Source: Blepharisma stoltei ATCC 30299
Taxonomy: Eukaryota; Protista; Ciliophora
Length of the DNA: 64,000 nucleotides
Assembly: GCA_965603825.1 (NCBI GenBank)
Contig: CBFDEM010000018.1
Location: forward strand, 434,001-498,000
Direction: 5' to 3'
The translations under genes and the position numbers were made by a program. The notes below the pieces were generated by a model. It had not been told where the DNA came from, did not search any database, and saw only the letters and a list, made by a program, of their open reading frames with translations. Of the stretch, positions 33,733 to 48,212 are shown in pieces (position 1 is the first letter of the stretch; each line of letters begins with the position of its first letter).

Positions 33733-36423
33733 TTAAAAATCGTCATCCCAATGAAGAGGTGCAGCTTTGTTTCGGAGCCTCCTGGCGTCAATGGTATCTT
33801 TGCTGTCTTCTCGTTTCATATATGGAAAAATGTCTTTCGGGTTTCGCAGTTCTCTAGCAATCTCACTGTCAATACTTTCTAGCTTTGGGACGTGAGGGGC
33901 TGGGATCTGTTTGCCGAGCAGCCCATCTCAATCTAGCCCTTCAAACCACTGATGCTGCTTAATTGTTTCATATGTTCCTCTCATCGCGGGGGTTTTATTC
34001 AGCAAAACCTCAATTATAGGGGCAGCTTTGAAATTTTTTCCGATAAAGTTAGGATAAATGAGTCTTCTTTCTAGGACTTTTTCGTAGATCTTGTAGGGGT
34101 CGTCTTCTTCTTCGCCGAATGGGACTCCTCCACACATAAATTCGTAGATCATAATTCCGACCGTTCAGTAGTCTGCAGTTAGTCCATAGCCTTTGCCCAA
34201 AATTACTTCAGGTGCCATATAATGAGGTGTGCCAACAACCGTATAAGTTCTATTATTAACAAATTTCGCAGTGCCAAAATCAATCATTTTAGGATAACCG
34301 TCTTCGTCTACCATGATATTTTCTGGCTTAAGGTCTCGGTATATGATTTTCCGCTCATGCAGATGCTCAAGCATCAGCATAATGCAGCCTGCGTAAAACC
34401 GTGAATTGTCATTGCTTAAAATATTTAAGATTCTGAGGACATCAAATAGGTCTTTTCCTCTGACAAATTCAATCAGAAAATAAATTCTGTCTGCGTCTTT
34501 AAGTGTTTTTACCAATTTCATGATCAATGGATGATCAATCTGTAGAAGAATTTTCCTTTCCAGCACCAAGTTATCATAAATTTCAAAGGCCTGGATTTTA
34601 TTTCTGGGGACTGTTTTTAGTGCATAAGGAATTTTAGTTTTTTTATTAACTGACAGATAAACTGTACCAAACATTCCTTTTCCTAGCCCTTTGACAATGC
34701 AGAGGTCGTTTAGCGTCACTGAATCATTCTGCAGCTGAATTCTTTTCAGTAATTGGTTCCTGATCCCTTCGTCAATCAAGTTTATAAATGCTTGTCTGTC
34801 CAGCACCCAGCATGAGGCGTTTCCTTTAGCTATAACTGTGGCTGTTCTGTTTTCGTTATGAATAATTGACCGCTCCCCAAAAAAATCATGCTTTATGATG
34901 GTCCTTATAAAGATATTATCTTTAAATATGTCGACCCGACCTTCTTTTACTATATAAAAAGAGTCTCCGGCATCGTTCTGCATAAAAATAGGCTCTTGGT
35001 CGTGGTATTCTTTTACCTTTAAAACAGCAGAAATGGCTTCTAGTTTCTGATAAGGAAGAGCTCTAAGCAGCTGAACTCTCTTTAAAATTCCCAAAAGCTC
35101 ATTATGGTTAGATATCGAAGCCAGCTGACCACCTATGCACGCCTCAAAATCCTTCCATGTGATTTCTGACAATGTTGTGTCCCCTTGTGTAATAAAATCT
35201 GTATCATACACAGAATTTTCAGATTTTTCACTATCATCACCTACACAGCCAAAAATTTCGAAAATTTGACTACTATTTGCAGAGATTAACCTACCTTGAA
35301 GAACGATTCAAATTTTTTCTTTTTTTGGGGTTCCTTGGTGGATGACGACTTGGGAATCAGAATAGGAGATTATTCGGGTATGGGCTATGACGTTTTCTAC
35401 CTGTACAGATGTGAGGCATGCTAGCGTTTTGCTTTGGTTTAGGGCGATTCTTTGTGAATTTCTGTATAGCAGCTGCTGTAGCTCACCTCCAAGAACTTTT
35501 TGTAAGCTTTCTCTACCAATAGATAGAACTTTTACTTTAGAAATCGCTATAACTGTTGCAGTTCTGACAGTATCATAGAGAAGAGCTTGCTCTCCAAAGA
35601 ACTCGCCATGACCTAGCTGTCTAATTTCATTTCCTTTATATGTGCAGCTTACAGTTCCAAGTTTTATTATATACATTAAATCTCCTGGATCTCCTTCAGT
35701 TACTATTTTCTGACCAGGGGAATATTCCATTGGGACCATTACAGCAAGTAATGATTCTTTTTGAGCTTCAGTTAATAAATTAAGTATAGGGATGCTTTCC
35801 AAAAATTGCTTATTTTCACTATATTTTTTAGCGTTGACTGACTCTACAGCAGATCTGAAAGCTTGGCGGCCGATTCCTCAGAGTCTTGCTCTTTCTACTG
35901 TTTTTATAGTTGCAGTTCTCTCTGAGTCATGCAGTAATGCAAGTTCTCCAAAGCATTTGCCCTTTGTGAGAAAACCTTTGGGTTGATCGTTAACTATAAT
36001 TTCAACTCTTCCAAGGGCAATGATAAAAAAATTATTTCCAGGCTGGCCTTGCTCAAATACGAATTCTCTTGGTCCCATTTCAAAAAGTTTCATCTGATCA
36101 ATCACCAATTCCACATTTTCTCTTGGCAAGTTATTAAACAGTGAATGTGTCGAAAGTGCTTCACGGATGTCTTCTTTTTCACGATCAGTTTTAGGTTTTT
36201 CTGTGACGATGGCAGTTGCAGCGTCTACGTCTTCAACGCCAATTCGTCTGCGATTGTCTGCAACTGGAGCCTTTTTTTTGATGTTTTTGCGACTTAGCTG
36301 AGTTTCGTATTTAGTTTCTTCTTTTACAAACTTTGGAAATGAATGATGGGATGGAGCTTGCGAAAAATCGGTTTCTTGGGTTTTAGGGTTTTTTACTTTG
36401 GACTTTGAACATACACAGCCCAT
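33733..36423 (-). CDS. cGMP-dependent protein kinase (PKG) paralog 2, 896 aa, 4 UGA
   Basis: MGCVCS acylation motif, cNMP domains, AGC kinase, HWDDDF-TAA; TGA at 35878, 35308, 34165, 33928. Confidence 0.93.
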
Positions 36424-36760
36424 TTTAATTCAATATTTTATTTAGAAATATATTTTAAAGAAGCAATTAACTCCAGTGCTAAATAGCAATAATAATTTCT
36501 ATGTAGTATTTGCATTAAAATTTTAAAAATTGCTTGCTGAAAATTCAGAAAAAGTATACATCTAAAGAATGAAATCTAGCACATTGCGATATTATAAATT
36601 AAGAAAATAAGCTTATTTAGAATGCATATATAAAACAAAAATTCTTACTTGCTCTCTTTACGAATAAGGGTTTAACATATTTTTTAATCCATATCACTGA
36701 AACCTGCTCTTTTAACTCTGAGTAGTGCCGTCATTGGTATTCTTCCTAGCATATAGCGCG

Positions 36761-36907
36761 CTACTTTCCATCACAAAGCCTCTCAAGGTGCATTGTCTCA
36801 CTATGTGCTTGATTCCTCTTCGTGCTTCGCCTAAGGGCTCCAATCTCAGTAATGTCAAGGTGCAATAAAATAATGCAAATGATCAACGATAAGGGTAAAT
36901 GCAACAT
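36761..36907 (-). CDS. Possible small secreted peptide (48 aa) or gene remnant
   Basis: MLHLPLSLIICIILLHLDITEIGALRRSTKR... in a GC-richer island; no homology recognised. Confidence 0.25.
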   Translation of the reverse strand: MLHLPLSLIICIILLHLDITEIGALRRSTKRNQAHSETMHLERLCDGK

Positions 36908-37440
36908 TAAAAATAAATTCAATATTAAGCTTTTTGTAAAGCAAATTATATAATTTGCTGAAGTTTTTATACTCCCTTTGATTGCTATTGAATTGAAAGT
37001 TATTTATGCAAAAATAAATATTTGATAAATGGAAATTAGGTTTTATAAAAAATAGCTAAAAACTTTCAGTTTATTTGGTGATAGCTTAAAGTAACAGAAA
37101 TTCTATGGTTTAGTAAATATTTATTTTTTAAATGCATAATACAGTAGTTATAATCAAAGAATCAGTATGATTAAATTTTTCGAATGAGCAGTAATGGATA
37201 GAAATAATTGAGAATTATTTAAGCAATTAATCAAGCTTTCCTAATTTAAGTTGTGTATTTCTTCTATCAGACTTCCCTTGCTATTCTCTAATTTTAAATC
37301 CCGTAAAAATTCATTTTAAAATGGCTCTTAAAATCAGGGGTACCCACAGGCACTTTTTCCTATACCCTTTTAAAATCATGGGGTATCTAATTTTCCATAT
37401 TTTTTATTTAAGGCCACCATAACTCCCAGCCATAATTTAA

Positions 37441-38808
<1,368 letters not shown>

Positions 38809-39571
38809 GTTAAGTAAAATTCTTAAAATAATTGTGGGTAAAAAATATAAATAGCAGAAAATGATGAGTTGATTATAAAAAACGAATAGAAAAGTCAAAT
38901 TATAAATTTCAAATAGCTCAGTCAAAACCAGTTTGAGTCTATTCAGCTCTTAAAAGAACTATCTCCCTATCTGCCATCGGTAGCACAATCCAAAAAGTTG
39001 TTTCCAAGGACAGATCCTCTCCTTGCAGTGTATAAGCTCTTTTACTATAAAAAAGAATTTCTCTGATTGAAGCTAAACCTATTTCAAAATATGCCAAAAG
39101 GAGGAATTCTATTGAAAAACAGAGTCCCTGAAAACATCATATTTTGATTATCTCATTTTGAAATCAGTATAAACTTTCCTAGGCTCTATTGAAGTCAAAG
39201 GATTTTAAATTTTATAGATGAGCTACTCCAGCAAGTTTCAACTGGCCACAAGTTTTCTATCAAAAAGTATTATCATCCTAGTCAAATTAGTTCTCAGGTA
39301 ACCAGCTTATACATTAAGAGCATGCATCTGGGTTTCTTCGTTTTAAAATTCTGTATCTCTCATAATTCTCTCCAAGTATTTTTAATTATGAGATATCATA
39401 GTTTAAAATCCTTCCAAAATTCTTTCAAATATTTTCCAAAAACCATCCCCTTATAAAACTTAAAAAAATTTTTAGTTTTGCCTAAGAATTTAAATTCCCT
39501 TCAATATATAACCTTGAGCGCTTTTCAGTATTTTGTATAACTGCCAGGAAATGCATGGCTATAATAATAAA

Positions 39572-39883
39572 ATGTCAGAGTGGAAAGCTCAATTTTGTGA
39601 CTGCACACAAGCATTGCCAGCATGCTGCATCTCGTGTCACAGCACAGCGATTATGCAAGGAATTACAGCTTATGAAATGGGGAAAGGAAATGGATGCAGC
39701 GAGTGCTGCCTTGTATATTGTCTGGGGTGCATCGGAGCAGCTATGAATAGAAATGCGGTAAGAGCGAAATACGGCTTAAGCGGAAACTGCTGCTTGGATT
39801 GCTTACTTTACTGTATCGGCTGTGGTGTCTGCATGGCGACTCAAGAATTCAGAGAAGTTTACCAGAGAAACAACGGTCTATAA
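39572..39883 (+). CDS. PLAC8/cornifelin-family Cys-rich protein
   Basis: W...FCDC......CC, RNAVRAKYGLSGNCCLDC, C..C...QE.RE. Confidence 0.85.
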   Translation: MSEWKAQFCDCTQALPACCISCHSTAIMQGITAYEMGKGNGCSECCLVYCLGCIGAAMNRNAVRAKYGLSGNCCLDCLLYCIGCGVCMATQEFREVYQRNNGL

Positions 39884-40702
39884 GCTAAATAGTTTAATCG
39901 AATTTAATAATTAGGCATTCCCTAAGCAAATTGCATTAAATGTAAAAACTAGGGTAATTAGTAAAAAATAAGGGGGAAAAAGAGCCAAACATTTAAAGGA
40001 ATAAAGAACCTATAGAAAACCTCCTAAAATAATAAGAAAATGAGAGTTAAAGGATATTAAAGATATCTTTAATTATAAAAATATTCAACGCAAAAACTTT
40101 AAGAAATTAATCCAAGAATAATAATATGTAATTGAAATTTTTAAAGAGAAAACACATCTATTTATTGTGCTATAGAAGTCTTTAGAAGTAATTTCATGGC
40201 CATCAGAAGCAATTCTTTCAAACAACTTATTGATTTCGTCACTATATAGCTTTCTCAAAGCTCTTTCAGTTTTCTTAAGTTATTTAAATTATTGGCTCAA
40301 GTTTTATCGTTATGAAAGATGTCAAATATATCTCTCAATGCTTGGTTTATTTATCACAAAATTTATCTATAATCTAATCTAAGAACATACCAAAATCAAT
40401 TGCAAATGATTTTACTAAATCTTATATCATTGAAAAAATAGCTGGATTTTTATTTTCAAGGTCAAACAATTGGGCTGCTACTTTAAGTTCTGCAATAATA
40501 AGCATTTATTTGCAGTAATAATAGCATTTTATATAAATAATTATAATTTTCTTCTTAAAATATATCTAAAATTAAGAGAATTAACTAACCACAAAAAGAG
40601 ATTCAATACAAGCACATAATCAATTTTTATTTTATTAAAAAATAATACAAAGTTATCATGTTGCCATTTTTAACTTATCAAAATAATTGAAATATTAAAT
40701 AA

Positions 40703-43102
40703 ATGACTACAGTCACACTAAATGAAGCTTATTCAATTGTGGCTGTTTACAAAGACCAAATTGCTGTAGGAGGAACCAATGGAATTTCTATTGTAGACCT
40801 CCAAGGTCAGCAAGAACACTTGTCTGATATTGAAACCCAAAATTTAAGCTGAAGCAAAGATGGACTTTTAGCAGCTTCAAGAGGGAAAGTTCTAGACGTT
40901 TATAAAGGAAAAGAGCTTATTTGGTCTGTTACCAAACACATAAGGAATATCCGAGATATCAAATGAAACGATGCAAATTTAATTACAAGCTGCAGCACAG
41001 ATTCTAAACTTTTTGCATGGGATATCAGAACCAAAGAGCCTGCAATCACTTTTAACGCTACAAAAGGGGTTGGGGTTTATCGCCTGGCATGGTCTCACCA
41101 TTCTTCTGATATTTTGGCTTCAGCCCATGACACTGCTTTAAAGCTGTGGGATGCTAGATTGCCTAGAAAATCATTAGCAACTGTAAAAGCAGCGCACCCA
41201 GGAAGAATCCTATGCTTGGATTGGCATCATACAGATTCCTCTAAATTACTATCATCTGGCGTCTTATCCTATATAAAAGTCTGGAAATCATCCTCTACCA
41301 ACGTTTCTGTGCTAAATTCTGCACAATATCATCCTCCTATAGTAAAAACTTTATTTACCCCTTCTTCTAATAGAATTGTATGTGTCACCGAACAATCTGA
41401 AGGGAAATTGCATATTTTGGACGCTGATGATTTGAGGCCGAAACTTTATTATAACTTAAGATCAGCTTCAATAGAAGACGTCGCGTGAGGGGAAAATAAA
41501 TTAATTGTATTATCAGCTGACCGTGTTTTAAATGTTATTGAGGGACAAGCACTTATAGAAGAAAAAATAAAAGAAGACGAGGACTCTGCTGAGGAGGAGT
41601 TTGAAGGGGAAGTTTCGAATTTATATATTGAAGAAAAAGGCTCTATTTCATTAGAAGAAGAGCTAAATAAAGCAGAAAAAAAATTCAGAGGTCAAGGAAT
41701 GAATATAGAAGACAAAGGAATGGGTCAGAGATACTGTGTAGTCAGAATCTCTAACGAAAGAAACTATATCCGCTACCTTTTCAAGTTTCCTCAAGACTAC
41801 CCTAAGTCTCCACCAATTTTGACCCTCCAAGGATTTTCAATTGATGTAAAAGAACACATAAAATCAATAGAAAAAAAAACCTTGAAAATCTCCACAAATC
41901 GAAGCAAAAACAGTCAAAATTCCTTCATCAAGCTTTGTGATTATATCTTAAAAAGTATTAACAAAATATCGCCTCCACCTGAAATGTTATTTGATGGCCT
42001 TGAAGCTGATATAGTCCAAGATGAAGAAGATATAATAGAAAACACGTATCGGTCTGCACTAATTTCAAGCTGTCCAGCGTCCTCAGGACACTGCTGGCAC
42101 CCTAGTGGGAAACTATTCACTTTTATTTGTTATAGACCTACAGAACAGAATACTGACGAAAATGAAAATACGACTGACGACTTCTTCGAGGACATCAAAG
42201 CTCAGCATTTTGAGATGGGAATTAACGCAGAAGAGCTAAACCCTGCACAAAATAACGAAAATAACCAGAATTTAGGGATTTTATTGGTAGAGTTTATGTA
42301 GTGGGCGGATTATAGCTGGCTGCTGCCGTATACGCCGGTATTTGTAAAAGAGCTGTCGATGGACCCGGCGGAAAATTTGATTAATATATGCAAGGTAGTT
42401 TTTATATAGAAAAATGCAAGTGTCTGTGAAAAATACGGGCATGCTGAGGTGGCTAAGTGCTGGGAACTTTTTATACCTTCACTAGAGCTTTTTGTGAACG
42501 TCAGATCTTGGGTTTCTCATCCTTTAGGGCTTTCACTCGCCGCAAAATTTCTTTCTCATTTCTGCCAAACTTCTAATATCACAGGCCGCCTTATGATCTG
42601 TTTATTCTGTATTTTAGCTTTAAAAACTACAAATTCTGAGGCATGCTCTATAAAAAGGAGCATAACAATATCTTCTTCAGACCAATCTTCTCCTGAATCT
42701 ATTGAAAATTACTATAAAAGAACCCCCTGCCGATATCTGATATTTCTAACCCTTAAAGAATTTTCTGAAATTTTGCTGTCTTGGGGAATGCAAAGTACAG
42801 CAATAAAAATCTTAAAAATGATGAATGTGCTTTCCCTTAATAATATGCTTTTGTCTGGTGAAGAAAGCTTAGGATTTAACATGATCCATCCTAAAACTAC
42901 CCATCTACAGGTTAATTGCAATAAATGCAATACAAAATTCCTTAAATGCAGTATCTGCTTAAAAGCAGTTTTAGGTTTAAGCGTGTTCTGTGAGATCTGT
43001 GGCCATGGCGGACATTTGATTCATCAAAAGCAATGGTTTTCTAACGAAGCTAAGTGCGCAAGCGGTTGTGGCTGCAGCTGTGTATTCAGAAATTCAACAT
43101 AA
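40703..43102 (+). CDS. WDR59: WDR59/Sea3-like GATOR2 subunit (WD40 - RWD - C-terminal zinc finger), 3 exons, 3 UGA
   Basis: WD repeats (AWDIR, LWDAR), RWD motif FPQDYPKSPP, W.SHPLG, CSIC..C..CGHGGH..H...WF....CASGCGCSC. Confidence 0.82.
42287..42301 (+). other. 15-nt intron GTAGAGTTTATGTAG
   Basis: Removes an in-frame TAG; A at position 10. Confidence 0.8.
42395..42409 (+). other. 15-nt intron GTAGTTTTTATATAG
   Basis: Removes an in-frame TAG; A at position 10. Confidence 0.85.
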
Positions 43103-43172
43103 ATGAAGAAATTCCTAAGAAAGCAGCCCTTCAGTGCATAACTTCTAGTTTTGATAAAAATTTAAAATATTA

Positions 43173-44396
43173 ATGGAGTCTAATTATGTAAGAGTCGGTG
43201 GCAAATACGTTTTGAGAAAAAGAATAGGCGGAGGATCATTTGGAGACATTTTCTTTGGGTCGAATTTAGAAACCCAAGGAGATGTGGCCATTAAGCTAGA
43301 AAATTTGAACTCAACCTTTCCTCAGCTTGTAAATGAAGCCAAAATTATTAGAAGTCTTAGAGGAGAAGGAGTCCCAAAGGTGTTCTGATCTGGAACTGAA
43401 GGAAATTATAACATTATGGTTATGGAGCTGCTAGGGCCATCATTAGAAGATATTTTTAAGACGCAAGATAGAAGAATGTCAACAAAATCAGCATGTATGA
43501 TTTGTGATCAGATGATACAAAGAATAGAAACTATCCATAATCAAGACTATATACATAGAGACATAAAACCTGAAAATTTTTTATTTGGGCTGAACGACAA
43601 AGAAAGCACTGTTTATATTATCGATTTCGGACTATCAAAAAAATATAGAGAAAGTAAAACAAAGCAGCACATTCAATACAAAGATAAAAAGAGTTTAACT
43701 GGCACTGCGAGATATGCGTCAGTATATGCCCATCAAGGCATAGACCAAACCCGTAGAGACGATTTAGAAGGAATAATATACGTTTTCATATACTTTTTAA
43801 AAGGCGAATTACCTTGGCAAGGCTTGCATTTAAAAAACAAACAAGAAAAATACAACAAAATTATGAGTGTAAAAATGAGCACCACTGTAGAAAATTTATG
43901 CAAAGGCTGCCCTTCTGAAGTAGCACATTTACTTAATTACTGTAAAGGACTGAGATTTGAAGAGAATCCAAATTATAATTATATGAGAGAGCAGCTTGCT
44001 TCTGTTGGACGAAAAGAAAATTTTAATTTTGATTTGATTTTTGAGTGAAATAAATTCAATCATGCCCGTGCTCCAGAAAAAAAACAAGCGGGCCAGCCAG
44101 CTTTGAAAGAAGCAGAACCTCAATCACAACAAAAACACAAAAAACAATTAAAAAAACCAAGAAAAAAACAGGGAAATGCACAGCAAGAAATAGAAGGCGA
44201 AAAAAATCCAGAAAACCAAGGAGAAATTAGAGAAGATGACTGCGAAACTGTAGCAGGCCATAGATGACCAGAATTCTGTGACCGGCAAAAAATTTTCAGT
44301 TTTAGGCTAAAAAGTGGAGAAAATTCTCCTATGAAAGTGGAAACTGAAGAAAATACAGTAGGAAAAAGAAGAGATAGTGGCTGTATATTGTTTTAA
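43173..44396 (+). CDS. Casein kinase 1 family kinase with C-terminal CaaX (CILF), 3 UGA
   Basis: IGGGSFG, MELLGPSLED, HRDIKPEN, LTGTARYAS, RRDDLE, LPWQG, FE[W]; TAA 44394. Confidence 0.92.
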
Positions 44397-44405
44397 TAAA
44401 AAAAT

Positions 44406-44972
44406 TTAATTATTCAAATAAGGAAGCTTAGGTCGGTTTGTTGTTTGTAAAAATGAAGGAAATCTCAAGTGATTTTCTTTTAAATATAATTTGTATTTTT
44501 TAATGCTTGGGAGGCCTCGGAGCTGCTTTTGGACAGTCTCATAACGAACTGAGGTGACATCGGGGGAGTTTTCTTGTGGAAATAAGTGCTTTGGAGAGTG
44601 TAAGTGATAATAAAGATTGACAGCCCTTTCCACTTCGAATTTCTGTTTTGCAGCATTAAAAAATTCAATGCTTTTCTTTGATTTCTCGATCAATTCTTTG
44701 TTTATTTCTGTTTTTTGTGCAAAATGTTTCGGTATTATTATTGAACCTCTTGGTGAACTTGCCAAAGAGTTCGGACTAGTTTCAAACTTAAATTTTTCTA
44801 ATATAGGGTTATCGTTTATTTTGAAATCCTCAATATCTTTCTCCTCAAAATATTTAGCGGAAGTATGCCGTATAGAGGAATGTTTTTCAGAATGGAGTTT
44901 TTCTATTTCTAAAAGTGATTGATTTACTTTTGAAAATTTATATCTTCTTCAATTTATTGGTTTTTTATTCAT
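44406..44972 (-). CDS. Hypothetical protein (188 aa), 1 UGA
   Basis: Open from taataATG 44972 through one TGA into the track ORF. Confidence 0.6.
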
Positions 44973-45008
44973 TATTAAAATTAAAATATCAAATTTCACA
45001 AAATTTCT

Positions 45009-46082
45009 CTAAGCTGGAGGCTCTGGTGTCCCATCCAATGTATTGCAAATATTTCCAAACGGTCCTTGAGCTAAAAAATGACTAAAATGCTGTTTTTGAA
45101 CTAATGGCTTCCCGCAAAGATTGCAAAATGGTTGCGTACCTCTGCATATTGGTGATTGGCAAATGACATAATTGCAGCCATCTTCTCGCATACAAGCTGC
45201 TCCACATTTGGGGCATCTTTTTCAGTTTCTGCTAAGCATCATTTCATCAAGTTTAAATTCTGCGAACTGGCTTTTATAAGCCTCACAGGTCATTCCTGGG
45301 TGAGCTCCATTCTTGCAAACCACACAAATTCCTGCTTTACATGCACTACAGGCTGTATGTATATCATTAGGAGAAATATATCCAAACCCTTTGCAATCTG
45401 GAACAGGGCAATGAACCGCTTTATTTTCAGCCACAAGTTTCAGCATCTTTATATTTACCCTCAGTTCATTTATTTTAGTTTGCTGATCTTGAGAAATATG
45501 CTTGTTTACGAAATCATCCGAGATCATTGTATTGCAGTTTGGGCATAAAATCTCTTCTGGCATAACTCGGCCTAGGTTTATCATGTTTTCAAATAATAAA
45601 AGGATACATTTTTTGCAAAAAGTATGGTTACAAACAAGTTCAACCCGTTCTAGTTGTGTGGAAAAGCAAATAGAGCAAAATATCCTGATGCTTGGTGCAT
45701 TTGAGTCAGATGTTATTGTGGACTCTAGGTATATCATTTTTTCCTCCTCTTTATTTTCTACTTTTTTATGATGACCAATGGAAGAATCATGGCTTTTAAC
45801 TAATATATCTTTAGGTTTTTGGTTCTGTTCTGAAGGCTGTTTTTCATTTAAAGCAATTTTTGGAAGAAGATGTGGTTTTTTAAACAAAAATCCATTAAAA
45901 TTTGCCTCATTCTCTGAAATTTCTGAATTTTGATTACTTTTCTTTAAACTTGCATTTTCTCTTGGCTCCCTAGCTCGAAGCTTTTTAGAGCTTTTAGGAT
46001 CAGATTTTTCTTTAAAATGATTTAAGCGCTTCGCGGCAATGAGTTCTTCATGAACGTCATCATTAGTACTAATTTCATCCAT
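45009..46082 (-). CDS. RBR (RING-IBR-RING) E3 ubiquitin ligase, 1 UGA
   Basis: CSIC..CNHTFCKKC..CP, HCPVPDC..C..C..C..C...H, [W]KRCPKC..EDGCNYVIC..FCNLC. Confidence 0.88.
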
Positions 46083-46527
46083 ATTAATACAATAGCCAGA
46101 TTCTGACAATAAAAATAATTAGAATATAAGAAAACAGAATAAAAAATAGCTATCAATTACTGTTTGCTTGCTTTGCTTGCCTGTTTAGGAGTGCAAACTA
46201 ATTGAGGGACAATCCTAGATATTTATATTATCCGCTATTATTATGCATATTAAATTAAGTGATCATACACGTTTACAGAATGCTTCCAAATCTTAAATAT
46301 ATTAATATCTCACTATTTTTGATCTAATTGTAATATAAATGTATTAGAAAGCTTTATTAGATTACAATTATTATTGTGACTTCATGTAATGATATAAAGC
46401 CAGCTTTTTCCGTTTAATATCCATCTAATATTCTAAATATTATTTACTTATAATTCTTCAAAAACCCTAGCTTTTAGGGAAATAGTATTAAACGATATGT
46501 TTAAATTAAACTTTTATAAATACAAGC

Positions 46528-47160
46528 TTATTCGTATAGTGATTGTTGCAAAGCTTGCTCTAGCATTTCATCCTCGTTCATAGTAAAGTCCTATATAATT
46601 TTTACTGCAAAATTATCATAATCAAACTGATGACTTGTCTGCAGATGGTCACATATATCAGGAAATTCCTCTTCAGGGTCTCCCCATGGTAATGCTTTGC
46701 ATATCGTGCAAACCCCGGACATCCCAAGGTGCTCATTATCTACATGAATTAATAAAGACTCCCTATCAAAATGACTTAAATCACAGCAAGGGCATGAATA
46801 AGTCCATCTATTAATAACAGGCTCGCTAGGCTTCGGAATTTCTTGGCTAGCTTTTTTAATTAAATGCTGAATATGGCTGCAAACAGCTAAATGATCATTA
46901 TAATTTACATAAGGTAAAATTGCACCACATTGACATACGAAATTCGTTGATTTTATGCTTTCCCAAAGCTGACTTTGAAATCGGAACTGATCCGACGTCA
47001 GAGGTGAACGGCAAATCGGACATGGAGATGTTGTCAATGTAATTACATTCTTTATGCACTCTGAACAGAAATTTTTCTTGCATGGAATATGCAGCCTAGG
47101 CTCAATTAAAACCCCAAGGCAGATGTTGCATTGGAACTCTTCCTTTATATCAGAATCCAT
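46528..47160 (-). CDS. RNF114/125/138/166-type E3 ligase (RING, zinc fingers, UIM), 2 exons
   Basis: RING, YSCPCC..H....H, C.IC.ALPWGDP; splicing 46591-46605 adds the UIM-like tail DEMLEQALQQSL. Confidence 0.85.
46591..46605 (-). other. 15-nt intron GTAAAAATTATATAG
   Basis: Removal yields the family-typical C-terminal UIM. Confidence 0.88.
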
Positions 47161-47315
47161 TTAAATAATTTATTATTATTCGAAAATATTTTGGCTTTGT
47201 AGAGTATTCATTTATAAGCTATTTTTATGCTAAAATGCCAGAAAACCTCTATTTTATTTACAAAAATGTGGAATTTATACGCTATACTGACCTTAATAAT
47301 CTAAAATCATATATA

Positions 47316-48212
47316 TTAAAGTGGGCTTAATGATAAATACATAAGTGGCGAATTTTCTTCTGCTTTCTGCCTTTTTCCAGGCTTAGCAAAGGAAGGCTGG
47401 CAACAACTGATATCTTTGCATGCAGAAGTCCCTGGCTCTTGTAAGAGCTTTAGCACATTTTCTGGTATATTTTCTCCTTCTTCAATTTTTGTAATATATT
47501 GCTGCACAGTTTTGTATTTTTTTACATAGGCTCGTAAAATACCTACTCTGTCATCTTTGTGCTCTTGGAAATTAAATCCAAATTTTTTAGCTGACCTAAG
47601 CTGTAGTAAATAATCGTCAAGTGATTTTTTTGCGATCCCTACTTTTCGTGCAGCGTCTTCCAGAGTCATTTTTTTTAAATCTCCTTTGCCATCGATTACT
47701 CCAGAGTACAATTTTCTTCATTTCATAACTTTATCTATAATATATCCAATTTTCCTTTCTGTTGTTCTCCTAGAGATTTTCGGTACCAATGTCGTTGGCT
47801 CCTCTTCATGCATTTTCTTGGCTGCAACTGAATTCTGTGCTTGCAAAACTGGCCCGATTTCATGACTGACGACTCCATAGCATAAAAGTACTAATTTCCT
47901 ATCTTTGATTTCAAAAATAGGGATAGAAATAGAAGGCGGAATTGGGTCTGTTCCACAGTAAACATTTAGTTTTGCAGTTGGGGAATAATACCAAATCATA
48001 GATTTATCTATTGGGTACCCTTCGTTTTTCAAATAAGTTATGATTGCTGATAAGTTAACTTCTCCTTCTCTGCTGAATGTCAGAATCGGCTGCTTTATGT
48101 TTAGGATTAATTCTTTTTCCTTTGTGAATTTATCTCCAAAACTTAGCTCGATATTAATCGTATTAAGCTTGTCATGTGAAAATTGGTTATTTTCATCTCG
48201 GTCAGATTCCAT
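47316..48212 (-). CDS. Putative helix-turn-helix DNA-binding protein, 1 UGA
   Basis: KVMK[W]RKLY..MTLEDAARKVGIAKKSLDDY, HTH-like. Confidence 0.7.

Noticed and set aside
38917-39456. ~180-codon open + frame (UGA=Trp) downstream of tubulin
   Set aside because: First ATG is late (39091), no motif, atypical composition; cannot be supported as a gene
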